DNA from: Candidatus Latescibacterota bacterium
Lineage (GTDB): Bacteria; Latescibacterota; UBA2968; GCA-2709665
DNA length: 64,000 nt
Assembly (NCBI GenBank): GCA_965116875.1
Contig: OZ220733.1
Span: 2,592,001 to 2,656,000 of the forward strand
Reading direction: 5' to 3'
The notes beneath the pieces were generated by a model. It ran no database searches, was not told the DNA's origin, and was given only the letters and a program-made list of their open reading frames with translations. The stretch's first letter is position 1, and each line of letters opens with the position of its first letter. Made by a program: the position numbers and the translations under genes. Below are positions 10,195-19,468 of this stretch, piece by piece.

Positions 10195-12834
10195 ATGAAA
10201 ACGTTGAACAGGAATCATAGGTGCCATGTCCCTTTCCTGGTTTTGGTCTTGCTCGCCTTCGGGTCACGAGGGGTCGCCTACGGGCAGGGTTCCACGGATG
10301 CAACGCTGAAAGAACTTACAATCGGCCCGGTGGACATTGTGGGCTTTGACAGTGCGGTTACCGGATACCATATCGGCGTCACGTATTCAGTAACGCAGGT
10401 CATTATTACGGCCACCGCGACGGATGCTGGCGCGACCATACAGATAGGTAAGAGTAGAACCGACGTTAGCACGATCGCAAGTGGTTCCGGGCATGTCGTC
10501 CCGTTGGCTGTGGGTCGAAACTCCGTGGGGATACGGGTCACGTCCTCTGACGGAAATACAAGCGAAAACTACACGATCGTAGTGGGCAGAGGCGTTGAGT
10601 CTGCTTTCGGCTGGAATGCTGCAGATGACTTCAACACACTCTACGCCGCAGGAAACCAAAATCCAGGAGACATCTGGTCGGACGGTGAGACGATGTGGGT
10701 GACAGACCAAGTGGACAAGAAAATATACGCCTACAGTATGGAAACTAAGAAACGCGACCTCCCTAAGGACTTGGAAACCTTGGATGCCGCAGGGAATGAT
10801 AGTCCCATTGGAATCTGGTCAGATGGCGAAACCGTGTGGGTAGCGGACAGGCAGGACGGGAAGCTATACGCCTACGATCTTGCCACCAAAGCGAGAAGAT
10901 CTGACAGGGATTTTGACTTTAGCCACCTGTGGGCGATCATACCGACCGGTCTCTGGTCAGATGGGAAGTTTATTTACGTACCGACCTCCGTTTCCGCTTC
11001 TGTCCCACGATTCGACCTGAAAAACGAGGTTTGGGACTACAGCCTGCCAAGTGTAGTTTCCCCGACCGGCCTCTGGTCAGATGGCGAGACTCTGTGGGTC
11101 GCCAACAATTCCCACTATAGACTGCATGCCATTAATCTGGCGACGAATAAGCCGAACCCGGAAAAAGACTTCAACACACTGGATGATGCCCAGGCTTTGG
11201 AACCAGGAGGCATCTGGTCGAATGGTTCCACCATGTGGGTGGTTGCAGGCGCCAAAATATACTCGTTCAATATGCCATCCGGTATAGTTTCCTACGACAG
11301 CGACGGCGACGGGCTGATTGAAATCGGCAGCCTGGCGCAGCTGAACGCCGTCCGATGGGACCTGGACGGCGACGGGGCCGTGGACAACAGTGCGAATGCG
11401 GGTGCTTACGCCCATGCCTTCCCGAATGCCGTCGCCGGTATGGGTTGCCCAAACACGGTAGACGATGCAGATGATAACGACTGCACCGGGTATGAGTTGA
11501 CGGCCGATCTGGACTTCGACACAAACAGCGATGGTACCGTAGACGCGTCCGACACCTACTGGAATGGCGGCGCGAGATGGCTTCCCATCGGGAGTTCCGG
11601 TTCCGGCAACGAATTCGTCTCCACGTTCGAGGGGAATCGGCATACCATTGACAACCTTTATATATACCGCTCGACTTCCACGGTCGGTCTGTTCGGTGTC
11701 GTCGGCGCCCGGGGACAGGTGCGGAACTTAGGGATTCGAAAGGTCGTTTCGGTGGGCGATGACGGGAGCGTCGTTGGTGGGCTTGTGGGGATCAACCGCG
11801 GCGGCATTTCCGGCAGCTATGCGGCGGGGGTGGCATCCGCGGGCGAATCCAGCAGCGTTGGTGTGCTGGTGGGGGCAAACACTGGCACAATTGCCACCAG
11901 CTATGCGACGGGCAAGTCGTATTGCGGAAACGACGGCAACGCGGGTGGGCTGGTGGGGTTGCACGGTAGCAGCGCCGGCAGAAGCATTATCACCGCCAGC
12001 TACGCGACCAGTTTAGTGTCCGGCGCGGACGGAAGCGACCTCGGGGGGCTGGCGGGACAGGTCGCCGTCGTCGGCGGTAGCACCAGATGCATCATCACCG
12101 CCAGCTACGCGACTGGTGTGGTATATGGAGAGAGCGACGGCAACGTCGGTGGACTGGTGGGGCAGACAGCCGCCCTGGGCAACGACTGCAAAGCCATCAT
12201 CACCGCCAGTTACGCGACCGGCGAGGTCTCGGGGGTCGGCAGCAACGTCGGTGGTCTGGTGGGGTACAACCTCAGTGGAGGCCCTGACAGCGGTGGTATC
12301 ATCACCGCCAGCTATGCGACCGGTGCGGTGACCGGCTTGGACCACCGCAATGTCGGCGGGTTCGTGGGAAAAGACTCCACGAATCTGAACAGCATAAACG
12401 CCGTAAGCTACAGCTACTGGAATAACGAGACCTCCGGGCAAATTGCGAGTGACGGCGGCGTTAGCAAGACGACCATCGAGTTGGTGTCGCCGACCGGGTA
12501 CGCTGGCATCTATGCCACCTGGAACCTGGATCTGGACGGTGACAACACGAAGGACGACCCCTGGGAATTCGGCAATTCCAACGAGTATCCGATGCTGCGG
12601 GCCGACTTCGACGGCGACGGCGACATTGACGCGGACGACGTAGACCCGCAGCGGCGGGTCGTCGCGTCCCCTGCAGCATCAACCGATTTCAACGGCGACG
12701 GTACGACCGATTTCGTGGATTTCTTCCTCTTTGCAGACGCGTTTGGCAGTTCCGATGCGCGTTACGATCTCAATGGCGACGGAACGGTGGATTTCATCGA
12801 TTTCTTCAGGTTTGTGGATGCGTTCCGTTCGTAA
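10195..12834 (+). CDS. Secreted protein D: cadherin-like beta-sandwich, 'GIWSDGETMWV' propeller repeats, GLUG repeats, C-terminal dockerin-like EF-hand pair
   Basis: Signal peptide. 'DATLKELTI'. Repeated 'P.G.WSDG.T.WV' and 'ITASYATG.V....GGLVG'. C-terminal 'TDFNGDGTTDFVDFFLFADAFG...DLNGDGTVDFIDFF'. Confidence 0.8.
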   Translation: MKTLNRNHRCHVPFLVLVLLAFGSRGVAYGQGSTDATLKELTIGPVDIVGFDSAVTGYHIGVTYSVTQVIITATATDAGATIQIGKSRTDVSTIASGSGHVVPLAVGRNSVGIRVTSSDGNTSENYTIVVGRGVESAFGWNAADDFNTLYAAGNQNPGDIWSDGETMWVTDQVDKKIYAYSMETKKRDLPKDLETLDAAGNDSPIGIWSDGETVWVADRQDGKLYAYDLATKARRSDRDFDFSHLWAIIPTGLWSDGKFIYVPTSVSASVPRFDLKNEVWDYSLPSVVSPTGLWSDGETLWVANNSHYRLHAINLATNKPNPEKDFNTLDDAQALEPGGIWSNGSTMWVVAGAKIYSFNMPSGIVSYDSDGDGLIEIGSLAQLNAVRWDLDGDGAVDNSANAGAYAHAFPNAVAGMGCPNTVDDADDNDCTGYELTADLDFDTNSDGTVDASDTYWNGGARWLPIGSSGSGNEFVSTFEGNRHTIDNLYIYRSTSTVGLFGVVGARGQVRNLGIRKVVSVGDDGSVVGGLVGINRGGISGSYAAGVASAGESSSVGVLVGANTGTIATSYATGKSYCGNDGNAGGLVGLHGSSAGRSIITASYATSLVSGADGSDLGGLAGQVAVVGGSTRCIITASYATGVVYGESDGNVGGLVGQTAALGNDCKAIITASYATGEVSGVGSNVGGLVGYNLSGGPDSGGIITASYATGAVTGLDHRNVGGFVGKDSTNLNSINAVSYSYWNNETSGQIASDGGVSKTTIELVSPTGYAGIYATWNLDLDGDNTKDDPWEFGNSNEYPMLRADFDGDGDIDADDVDPQRRVVASPAASTDFNGDGTTDFVDFFLFADAFGSSDARYDLNGDGTVDFIDFFRFVDAFRS

Positions 12835-12874
12835 ATCCGATATAGCTCGATGAAATTCGGGTGCGGCTGCAGAA

Positions 12875-12972
12875 TGGACGCGTTGGGCGGCGCGTTGTCA
12901 GCGGTGTCTATCTGTATCGCATACAGGCGGGCGGTTTCTCACCCATCAGGCGGATGCTGTTGTTGAAAATAG
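12875..12972 (+). pseudogene. Second, frameshifted relic of the FlgD/CTD 3' end
   Basis: Translates GRRVVSGVYLYRIQAGGFSPIRRMLLLK, homologous to 1908-2005. Confidence 0.75.
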
Positions 12973-13124
12973 GCCTATTGGCAAACATCGCCATTCGGCC
13001 GCTGCGCGGTAACGCATTCACGACGATCGTGAACTCAGCGCTTCCGGCGACGGCGAGGTTCTTGTTCGGACCGCCGCCCGCGCGGCGGGTCTGCTAACGA
13101 AACTGATACAGCGGAGGTTCCGCA

Positions 13125-14996
13125 ATGACTCCATTTTATCGCAACTTGCTGTTTGTTGCCATTGGTTTCTTCGTGCTTGCGGGCGTGGCGTTCCTCAGGG
13201 CCGATTCAGACGCGGATATGCCTCCGGGCGCGAAACACGGCGGAGAGTTGGATCCTGGCGCTGAGTACGACGGATTCCGCGTCGCGTTGCCTGAATTCGC
13301 CGCGAAATTCGCCCTGGGCAACAATGCAAACGCGGCATTGTCGCTGGACCTGATCGCTAACGGCGGGGCGGGCAACCAGAGGGATGACGGCGTGACCACA
13401 GGCGCCGTGTCGGGACGCGGTACGAAGATCGCCATCGAGGTTTTCGCGACCGGCGTGAGGACGTCCCTGTTAGGATTCGAAATCGAATTCGACCTTGATT
13501 CTTCTCTTGTGGCCCTTGTGAGGGCAGAAGACAGTATACATCCACAGCTGGGGCGAATCCGAAACAAAAGTGTAGTCGCTTTTGGCTCCCTTCCGCCACG
13601 TTTGTTGTGGTTGTCGCCTTCCGGGTTTCTTGTGCGCGCCGAGTTCGAGACGGTTGCAAACGTTACTGGTCGGGAGTTCTCCATCGGGATCGAGTCTGTT
13701 ACACTCGCGGGAACTTCGTCGTCCATCGACACACTCACGACAAGCAGTGAGATCTCGTTCAACGCCGCGCCGTCCCCCGACTTCGACGGCGACGGGACCG
13801 TGGGGTTTTCCGACTTCCTGATTTTCGCCGGCGCGTTCGGGTCGAGTCAGGGCGATGGGAAGTACAATGCCGCGCAGGACCTGAATTCCGATGGTTCTGT
13901 CGACTTCACGGATTTTCTGATCTTTGCCGGCGATTTTGGCAGTCAGGTCCCGCCCTCCGGCGGCGGTGGGACACCTTCCGGCGGTGGCGAGACTGTGACC
14001 ATTGCGGATGCCAATCTCCGTGCGGTAATAGCAGATAGCCTGGGTAAGGCGCGCAATGCGCCGATAACCCGGGAGGAGATGACGACCTTGACACGTATTG
14101 ACGCGCTCAATAAGGGCATTCGCAATCTGACAGGCCTCGAGCATGCAACCAATCTGCGATGGCTTAACCTTGGTTCCGAGCGCGTGAATGATGCGTGGGT
14201 CAACAGCAACGATATATCTGATCTCTCGCCCCTCGCCAACTTGACTAACCTGAGACTACTGGGACTCGGGAGAAACAGCATCAGCGATATATCAGCACTT
14301 TCCCGTTTGACCAACCTGACATGGATGACTCTATACAAAAACAACATTAGGGATATATCAGCGCTGTCCAACTTGACTAACCTGGAAATACTGTACCTTT
14401 GGGGCAACAGCATCTCGTCTATATCCGCCCTTTCCCGTCTGACGAACCTGATAGAGTTATATATCGGCTCTGTCGACATCTCAGACATTTCGAGTCTATC
14501 CAACTTGACAAATCTGACAGACCTGTTTCTTGACAGAAACAGTATCTCGTCTTTAACTGCGCTCTCTCGTCTGACGAACCTGACAAGGCTGAATCTTTAC
14601 AACAACAGTATCTCGGACATTTCGCCATTGGTGGCAAATACGGGCCTGGGCGATGGAGACAGGGTTGATTTGAGAGACAATCCCTTGAGCAGTACTTCGC
14701 GCAACACGCACATTCCAACTCTTCAGCGACGAGGCGTTAAAGTAGAATTCGACGGTAGCGGCGGTGTGAGAGCGTGTACTGCCGGGTTAGTCGTAAATCC
14801 TGGCGAAAGTTGTACTTATAAAGGAGCGACCTTCTCTGTCAGTTCTTCTGGAACGGGAACCATTATTGCCGGGGGATTGGTAATGAGGTCAGGGCGTGGA
14901 ATTCAGGAGTCGGGCACCATAAATGGCGTACGGTGGAACTTTCATGCCACGAAAAACAGTGGCAGCAACAGTTGGACAATTCACGTAGCGAATTAA
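13125..14996 (+). CDS. Secreted modular protein E: cohesin-like, dockerin-like, internalin-type leucine-rich repeats, Cys-rich C-terminal domain (type 2)
   Basis: 'ISDISALSRLTNLTWMTLYKNNI' type LRRs. N-terminus is paralogous to C. C-terminus is paralogous to B. Confidence 0.85.
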   Translation: MTPFYRNLLFVAIGFFVLAGVAFLRADSDADMPPGAKHGGELDPGAEYDGFRVALPEFAAKFALGNNANAALSLDLIANGGAGNQRDDGVTTGAVSGRGTKIAIEVFATGVRTSLLGFEIEFDLDSSLVALVRAEDSIHPQLGRIRNKSVVAFGSLPPRLLWLSPSGFLVRAEFETVANVTGREFSIGIESVTLAGTSSSIDTLTTSSEISFNAAPSPDFDGDGTVGFSDFLIFAGAFGSSQGDGKYNAAQDLNSDGSVDFTDFLIFAGDFGSQVPPSGGGGTPSGGGETVTIADANLRAVIADSLGKARNAPITREEMTTLTRIDALNKGIRNLTGLEHATNLRWLNLGSERVNDAWVNSNDISDLSPLANLTNLRLLGLGRNSISDISALSRLTNLTWMTLYKNNIRDISALSNLTNLEILYLWGNSISSISALSRLTNLIELYIGSVDISDISSLSNLTNLTDLFLDRNSISSLTALSRLTNLTRLNLYNNSISDISPLVANTGLGDGDRVDLRDNPLSSTSRNTHIPTLQRRGVKVEFDGSGGVRACTAGLVVNPGESCTYKGATFSVSSSGTGTIIAGGLVMRSGRGIQESGTINGVRWNFHATKNSGSNSWTIHVAN

Positions 14997-15202
14997 TGAC
15001 TGAGGCCGTCAGACGGCGTCCACCGGCTTCACGTCCCAACCAGAGCTGTATCGTCAGCGGCGGGTCGCTTACAAATGGGGGCAGCGGCTGTGTCAACTAT
15101 TCACCGTTCGGGACCGGCAGGATTTGCAGCGCGAGTTTCAACTTGAACGGATTGCAGGGCACACGTGTGGGTGATGATTTTCGAATCACTGCCGTGCCTT
15201 GA
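14996..15202 (+). CDS. Orphan type-1 C-terminal domain as an intact small ORF (68 aa), translationally coupled
   Basis: TAATG overlap with the upstream stop. MTEAV...RPNQSCIVSGG...GRICSASFNLNGLQGTRVGDDFRITAVP* matches the protein A C-terminus. Confidence 0.55.
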   Translation: MTEAVRRRPPASRPNQSCIVSGGSLTNGGSGCVNYSPFGTGRICSASFNLNGLQGTRVGDDFRITAVP

Positions 15203-15378
15203 TCCGGCATGACCGTTGTCGCGGGCCAATCAGTGCCGGCGCCAATTCTCCTGTCGAATGCAGGCATTGGTCGGCCCCACAGACCGATACAATTCAGGCC
15301 GACCCGTATCGGGCAATTGCGGCGGCCTCCGTCGGCACCGGTGTCGTCGTATGGATGTTCACGTGGCGAAAATTTACA

Positions 15379-15433
15379 GTGATGTCGCGATCTGGGACAT
15401 CACAATGCGTTTCGCTGTCGCAAATTGCGACAG
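15379..15433. promoter_or_regulatory. Two related palindromic boxes (possible operators)
   Basis: gtgatgtc-gcgatctgg-gacatcac at 15379-15403 and ctgtcgcaa-a-ttgcgacag at 15415-15433. Confidence 0.4.
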
Positions 15434-15690
15434 TTCTATCCATTCGTTTTACGGATTCGCGCCGTTTTTCGCCAAACCGTCGACAGGTGATTAAATATCC
15501 GGATCGTTGAGATTGATCTTGTCTGAGACAGACTACGCTGACAAAGAGGGAACACGGGAATGACGGCTTCCTGGAAGTGCATAACGTGTCTTGTTGGCGT
15601 CGCAAACCGCCGCTGCCCGCCGCCTGATAACTAGATCGAGAACATCGTGACGGCGATGGCATGACAGCCGCTTATTGCAACGAGGATGTA

Positions 15691-17850
15691 ATGAAACGTC
15701 CTGTACTTCATCTGTTCCTGTTCGTTTTGCTCGGGTTTTTCTTTGCTCCTTTGTCGTCTGTCCCTGCGTCTTCCCCTCCCGGTGACAGCCTGCATATCTG
15801 CGCCGTCGAGGACTATGAGCTGTTGCGACGTGATCACGAACGCCCCGCGGCGAAGCGGATTGCGAATCTGAACACAGGCGAGCCGCGCACGGTGCGAATG
15901 ATCTACTTCCTGCCAAACGACTGGCCGTACCGCGCCGAAGTGGTGGATTCGATGAAGTCGGTGATCGTGCGGAGTCAGACCTTCTTTCGCGAGCAAATGC
16001 AGGCACACGGCTACGGCGAATCGACCTTCGCCATCGAGACCGATGTCGGGGGCAGACCGTTGGTGCATCGTGTCGACGGCAAGCATCCCTTCAGCCACTA
16101 CGACAACACGCTCGGCATTGCGGTTATCGCCGAGCTTGAACAGATTTTCGATCTGGATGCGAACATCTATTTCATCGTCCTCGGTACCGATGCGCTTCGT
16201 CAGGGAAATGGAGAGCCGGCGGGAGGCGTCGGTCGATGGCGGACGAAAAATGGCGGCAATTTGGTGGTGTCGGATAGGTTTGGTATGTACCTGATAAGTC
16301 ATGAACTTGGTCACGCCTTTGGACTATCCCACGATTTCAGGGATAGTCGTTACCTCATGTCATACGGACCCAGCCGGAACAGGATCCTGTCGTCGTGTGC
16401 CGCGGAGTACCTGGCCGTACATACCTACTTCAATGCAGACAGCCCAACGTTCGAGGGGGTGCCGCCGACGGTAGAACTCTCCTCGCCTGACAGATATAAA
16501 CCCGGGACAACCAGCGTACCCGTTCAACTTCAGGTCGCCGATCCGGACGGTGTACATCAGGTCGTCCTGTTTGGCCGCGGCTTTGGCGGTTTTGAAGTGG
16601 TGGCGTGTCGTGTATTTGACGGGCAGCGCGAAACACTCGTCGATTTCGAGTATACCGGCGCGATACCATCAGTTGACGCATCCAGACTCGCGGACTCTCC
16701 TGCACATACATTGTACATCGAGGCTCTAGACATTCATGGCGACGTGCGAATTGAGGAATACACCCTTGCCGAGATTTCTCCGTCCAACATCGCTACCTGG
16801 AAGGGTCATTCGGATTGGGTTAATTCGGTGTCTTTTTCACCTGATGGAAAAATACTTGCTTCCGGATCTGAAGATCGCACGGTCAAGCTGTGGGACGCTT
16901 CGACCCAGGCGCACGTCGCTACCCTTGAAGCACAATCTGGAGTCGATGCTGTGGCGTTTTCACCCGATGGCGCCACGCTGGCTGTCGATTCGTGGGAAGC
17001 TGTCAAGCTGTGGGACGTGGGGACCCGCGATCTGATCGACACTGTGAAAGGACATAGCAGTTTCATCCTGTCGGTGACGTTTTCACCTGATGGCAAGCTG
17101 CTCGCTTCCGGGTCGGGGGATTTCACGGTCAAGCTGTGGGACGTAAGTACCCGCGATCTGATCGACACCCTGGAAGGACATAGCGTGATGGTAACGACGG
17201 TGTCGTTTTCACCAGATGGAACACTGCTCGCTTCCGGATCTCACGATAACACGGTCAGACTGTGGGACGTGTCAACAAGGCGCAATATTGCCACCCTTGC
17301 GGTTCAGAAATTTGGAGTCTGGTCTGTCGCGTTTTCACCCGACGGGGCAACACTCGCGGTCGCAACCGTCAGTGCGGTCGAATTGTGGGACGTGGCCAGG
17401 AGCGTACGTATCGCTTCGATCGAGGAATCGGGTGGGGTTAATTCGGTCGCTTACTCGCAAGACGGAAGTGTAATCGCTTCCGCAGCTTACGACAGAACGG
17501 TCAAGCTGTGGGACGCCGCGACAAGACGAAATCTCACCACCTTTCCACATACTGCTGTGGTCAATTCAGTTTCGTTTTCATCGGATCGGAGTACCCTCGC
17601 CGCCGGGTTACAAGATGGAACGATCGCTCTGTGGGATGTTGCGCAGTACATCGCCCCGCCAGCACCGGATCCCGACTTCGACGGTGATGGAACGGTGGGA
17701 TTTCCGGATTTCCTGCTGTTTGCGGTTGTTTACGGTCTGAGCCAGGGAGACGCAGGATATGATGAGCGCTTCGATCTGGACGACAACGGATCCATCGGTT
17801 TCAGCGACTTTCTGATCTTTGGGGAAAGCTACGGCAAGAGCACCTCGTAA
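15691..17850 (+). CDS. Secreted metzincin metallopeptidase + WD40 propeller + C-terminal dockerin-like EF-hand pair
   Basis: HELGHAFGLSHD zinc motif with Met-turn YLMSY. About 7 'GHS..V.SVSFSPDG..LASGS.D.TVKLWD' repeats. Confidence 0.85.
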   Translation: MKRPVLHLFLFVLLGFFFAPLSSVPASSPPGDSLHICAVEDYELLRRDHERPAAKRIANLNTGEPRTVRMIYFLPNDWPYRAEVVDSMKSVIVRSQTFFREQMQAHGYGESTFAIETDVGGRPLVHRVDGKHPFSHYDNTLGIAVIAELEQIFDLDANIYFIVLGTDALRQGNGEPAGGVGRWRTKNGGNLVVSDRFGMYLISHELGHAFGLSHDFRDSRYLMSYGPSRNRILSSCAAEYLAVHTYFNADSPTFEGVPPTVELSSPDRYKPGTTSVPVQLQVADPDGVHQVVLFGRGFGGFEVVACRVFDGQRETLVDFEYTGAIPSVDASRLADSPAHTLYIEALDIHGDVRIEEYTLAEISPSNIATWKGHSDWVNSVSFSPDGKILASGSEDRTVKLWDASTQAHVATLEAQSGVDAVAFSPDGATLAVDSWEAVKLWDVGTRDLIDTVKGHSSFILSVTFSPDGKLLASGSGDFTVKLWDVSTRDLIDTLEGHSVMVTTVSFSPDGTLLASGSHDNTVRLWDVSTRRNIATLAVQKFGVWSVAFSPDGATLAVATVSAVELWDVARSVRIASIEESGGVNSVAYSQDGSVIASAAYDRTVKLWDAATRRNLTTFPHTAVVNSVSFSSDRSTLAAGLQDGTIALWDVAQYIAPPAPDPDFDGDGTVGFPDFLLFAVVYGLSQGDAGYDERFDLDDNGSIGFSDFLIFGESYGKSTS

Positions 17851-17980
17851 AACGAATGGTCCGCATTATCGTGGTTCGCAAGGGCTTGAACGTGCTTCCT
17901 GGACGCGCATATCTGTTTCAACCCGATTCTCCCGGCTGAAGCCGGGCCTCGACCTGCAATTGAACACGGCGGTTTGACCT

Positions 17981-19369
17981 GTGACTCCCTGGAAGCGCAA
18001 AATGTGTTTTGCCGCGCTCGCACTGCTGGCATTCTTGTGCCACGCCGCGACTGGCGTCAGTTCAGACGATGATCGCTGGACGCCTCATGTCATCTCCGTC
18101 GACGCCATGGGCGAGGATACCGCGTCCATTCCCGACTTCGACGGCGACGGCATGATCGCCTTTGGCGACTTTCTGATCTTCGCGGATGTGTACGGTACAC
18201 GTGACGGCGACGACAAATACGACGCCACGTATGATCTGAACGGCGACGGGGCGATCGGATTTTTCGATTTTGTGATCTTCGCGGAGAACTACGGGAAAGA
18301 GGTGGTGGTCGCGCAGGCAATTGTGTCGCTGAAGGTGGAGCCTGCGCGACTGACTCCTGCTCATGCGGGCAAACAAGGCGCCGATACGATCGTAGTCACG
18401 GCCCTGGACGGAGAAGAATCACCGGTCGCGGGCGCCATTTACGGATGGTCAACCGACCGGTACTCCGGCTGGGTGTACCCTGCGCACGGCGTCACGGACC
18501 GCCTGGGTCGTTTACAGACGACCTGGGTGGCGGGCTGGCCGGGAGAGGGCACATTGTCGCTCACCGTGGAGAACGAAAGCTTTCGCGTCACGAAAGAACT
18601 GGCGACGCTTTCCACGACACCGGCCAATCCTCCCGCGGGCGATGCGACCATCTGGATCCACAACCGGAATCACCCCAGCGCGGGTTACTCGATCGACATG
18701 ACCCCGCTGACCGAACCGACGGGTACCTTTTACGCAGCGATCCAGTGGGACGGAGGATACACGGGACTGCAGCGGGGAGGAGACCTTTACGATCGACAGC
18801 TTCAATTCTCGGTGTGGGACGCTCCGGGATTTGGCGATGCGGAACTCATCGAAAGGGCGGGCGACGTCGTGTGCGGGACTTTCGGAGGTGAAGGAACGGG
18901 GGTGAAGTGCAGGTTGGACTATCGATGGACGGTCGAGTCGACATATCGCTTCGAAATTACTGAGGAGGAGATGAACGGGGGCAGTGCGATCACCCTGCAC
19001 GTAACCGATCTCGCGACGGAAAGCAGGCGCTTCGTGGGCACCATACGCTTCGCGAGGCGCGCACGGATGAGGAGCTTCGGGATGTTCGTGGAGGACTTCG
19101 CAACAAGAGCACCGCACTGTCTTGCCCGCGAGGTTCGAAGCGTTGCATTCCGCCGTCCAAGGGCGTGGCTCGACGGCGCCTGGGTCGCGCTCTACGTAAT
19201 GACGCGCGGGACACTTTCCGGGTGGACCAATGACGCTTGGAATCCCGGGACACCGAGATGCGCGAACGTCGCCGCGCGCGAACATACTGCAGGACTTGAA
19301 CTGGTCATTGGAGGAAATACGGCCAGTGACCCCAATGCATCGCCCTACTACATTATACCGGCGAACTGA
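17981..19369 (+). CDS. Secreted protein: N-terminal dockerin-like EF-hand pair, Ig-like, DUF3472-like domain
   Basis: 'PDFDGDGMIAFGDFL...YDLNGDGAIGFFDF'. 'FYAAIQWDGGYTGLQ...QFSVWD...FGGEGTG'. Confidence 0.7.
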   Translation: MTPWKRKMCFAALALLAFLCHAATGVSSDDDRWTPHVISVDAMGEDTASIPDFDGDGMIAFGDFLIFADVYGTRDGDDKYDATYDLNGDGAIGFFDFVIFAENYGKEVVVAQAIVSLKVEPARLTPAHAGKQGADTIVVTALDGEESPVAGAIYGWSTDRYSGWVYPAHGVTDRLGRLQTTWVAGWPGEGTLSLTVENESFRVTKELATLSTTPANPPAGDATIWIHNRNHPSAGYSIDMTPLTEPTGTFYAAIQWDGGYTGLQRGGDLYDRQLQFSVWDAPGFGDAELIERAGDVVCGTFGGEGTGVKCRLDYRWTVESTYRFEITEEEMNGGSAITLHVTDLATESRRFVGTIRFARRARMRSFGMFVEDFATRAPHCLAREVRSVAFRRPRAWLDGAWVALYVMTRGTLSGWTNDAWNPGTPRCANVAAREHTAGLELVIGGNTASDPNASPYYIIPAN

Positions 19370-19468
19370 GGGGCGATTCGGCCGGGCGACGTGCGCAGAA
19401 AGTCGGGACTACACCCTGGACAGTTCTCATCCTCCTGGAGCCCATTCATACCGGGCTTATTTGGCCCG

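Noticed and set aside
2159-15202. Diversity-generating retroelement (template/variable repeats)
   Set aside because: There is no reverse transcriptase in the window, and differences between the orphan tails and the gene A tail are not confined to adenines.
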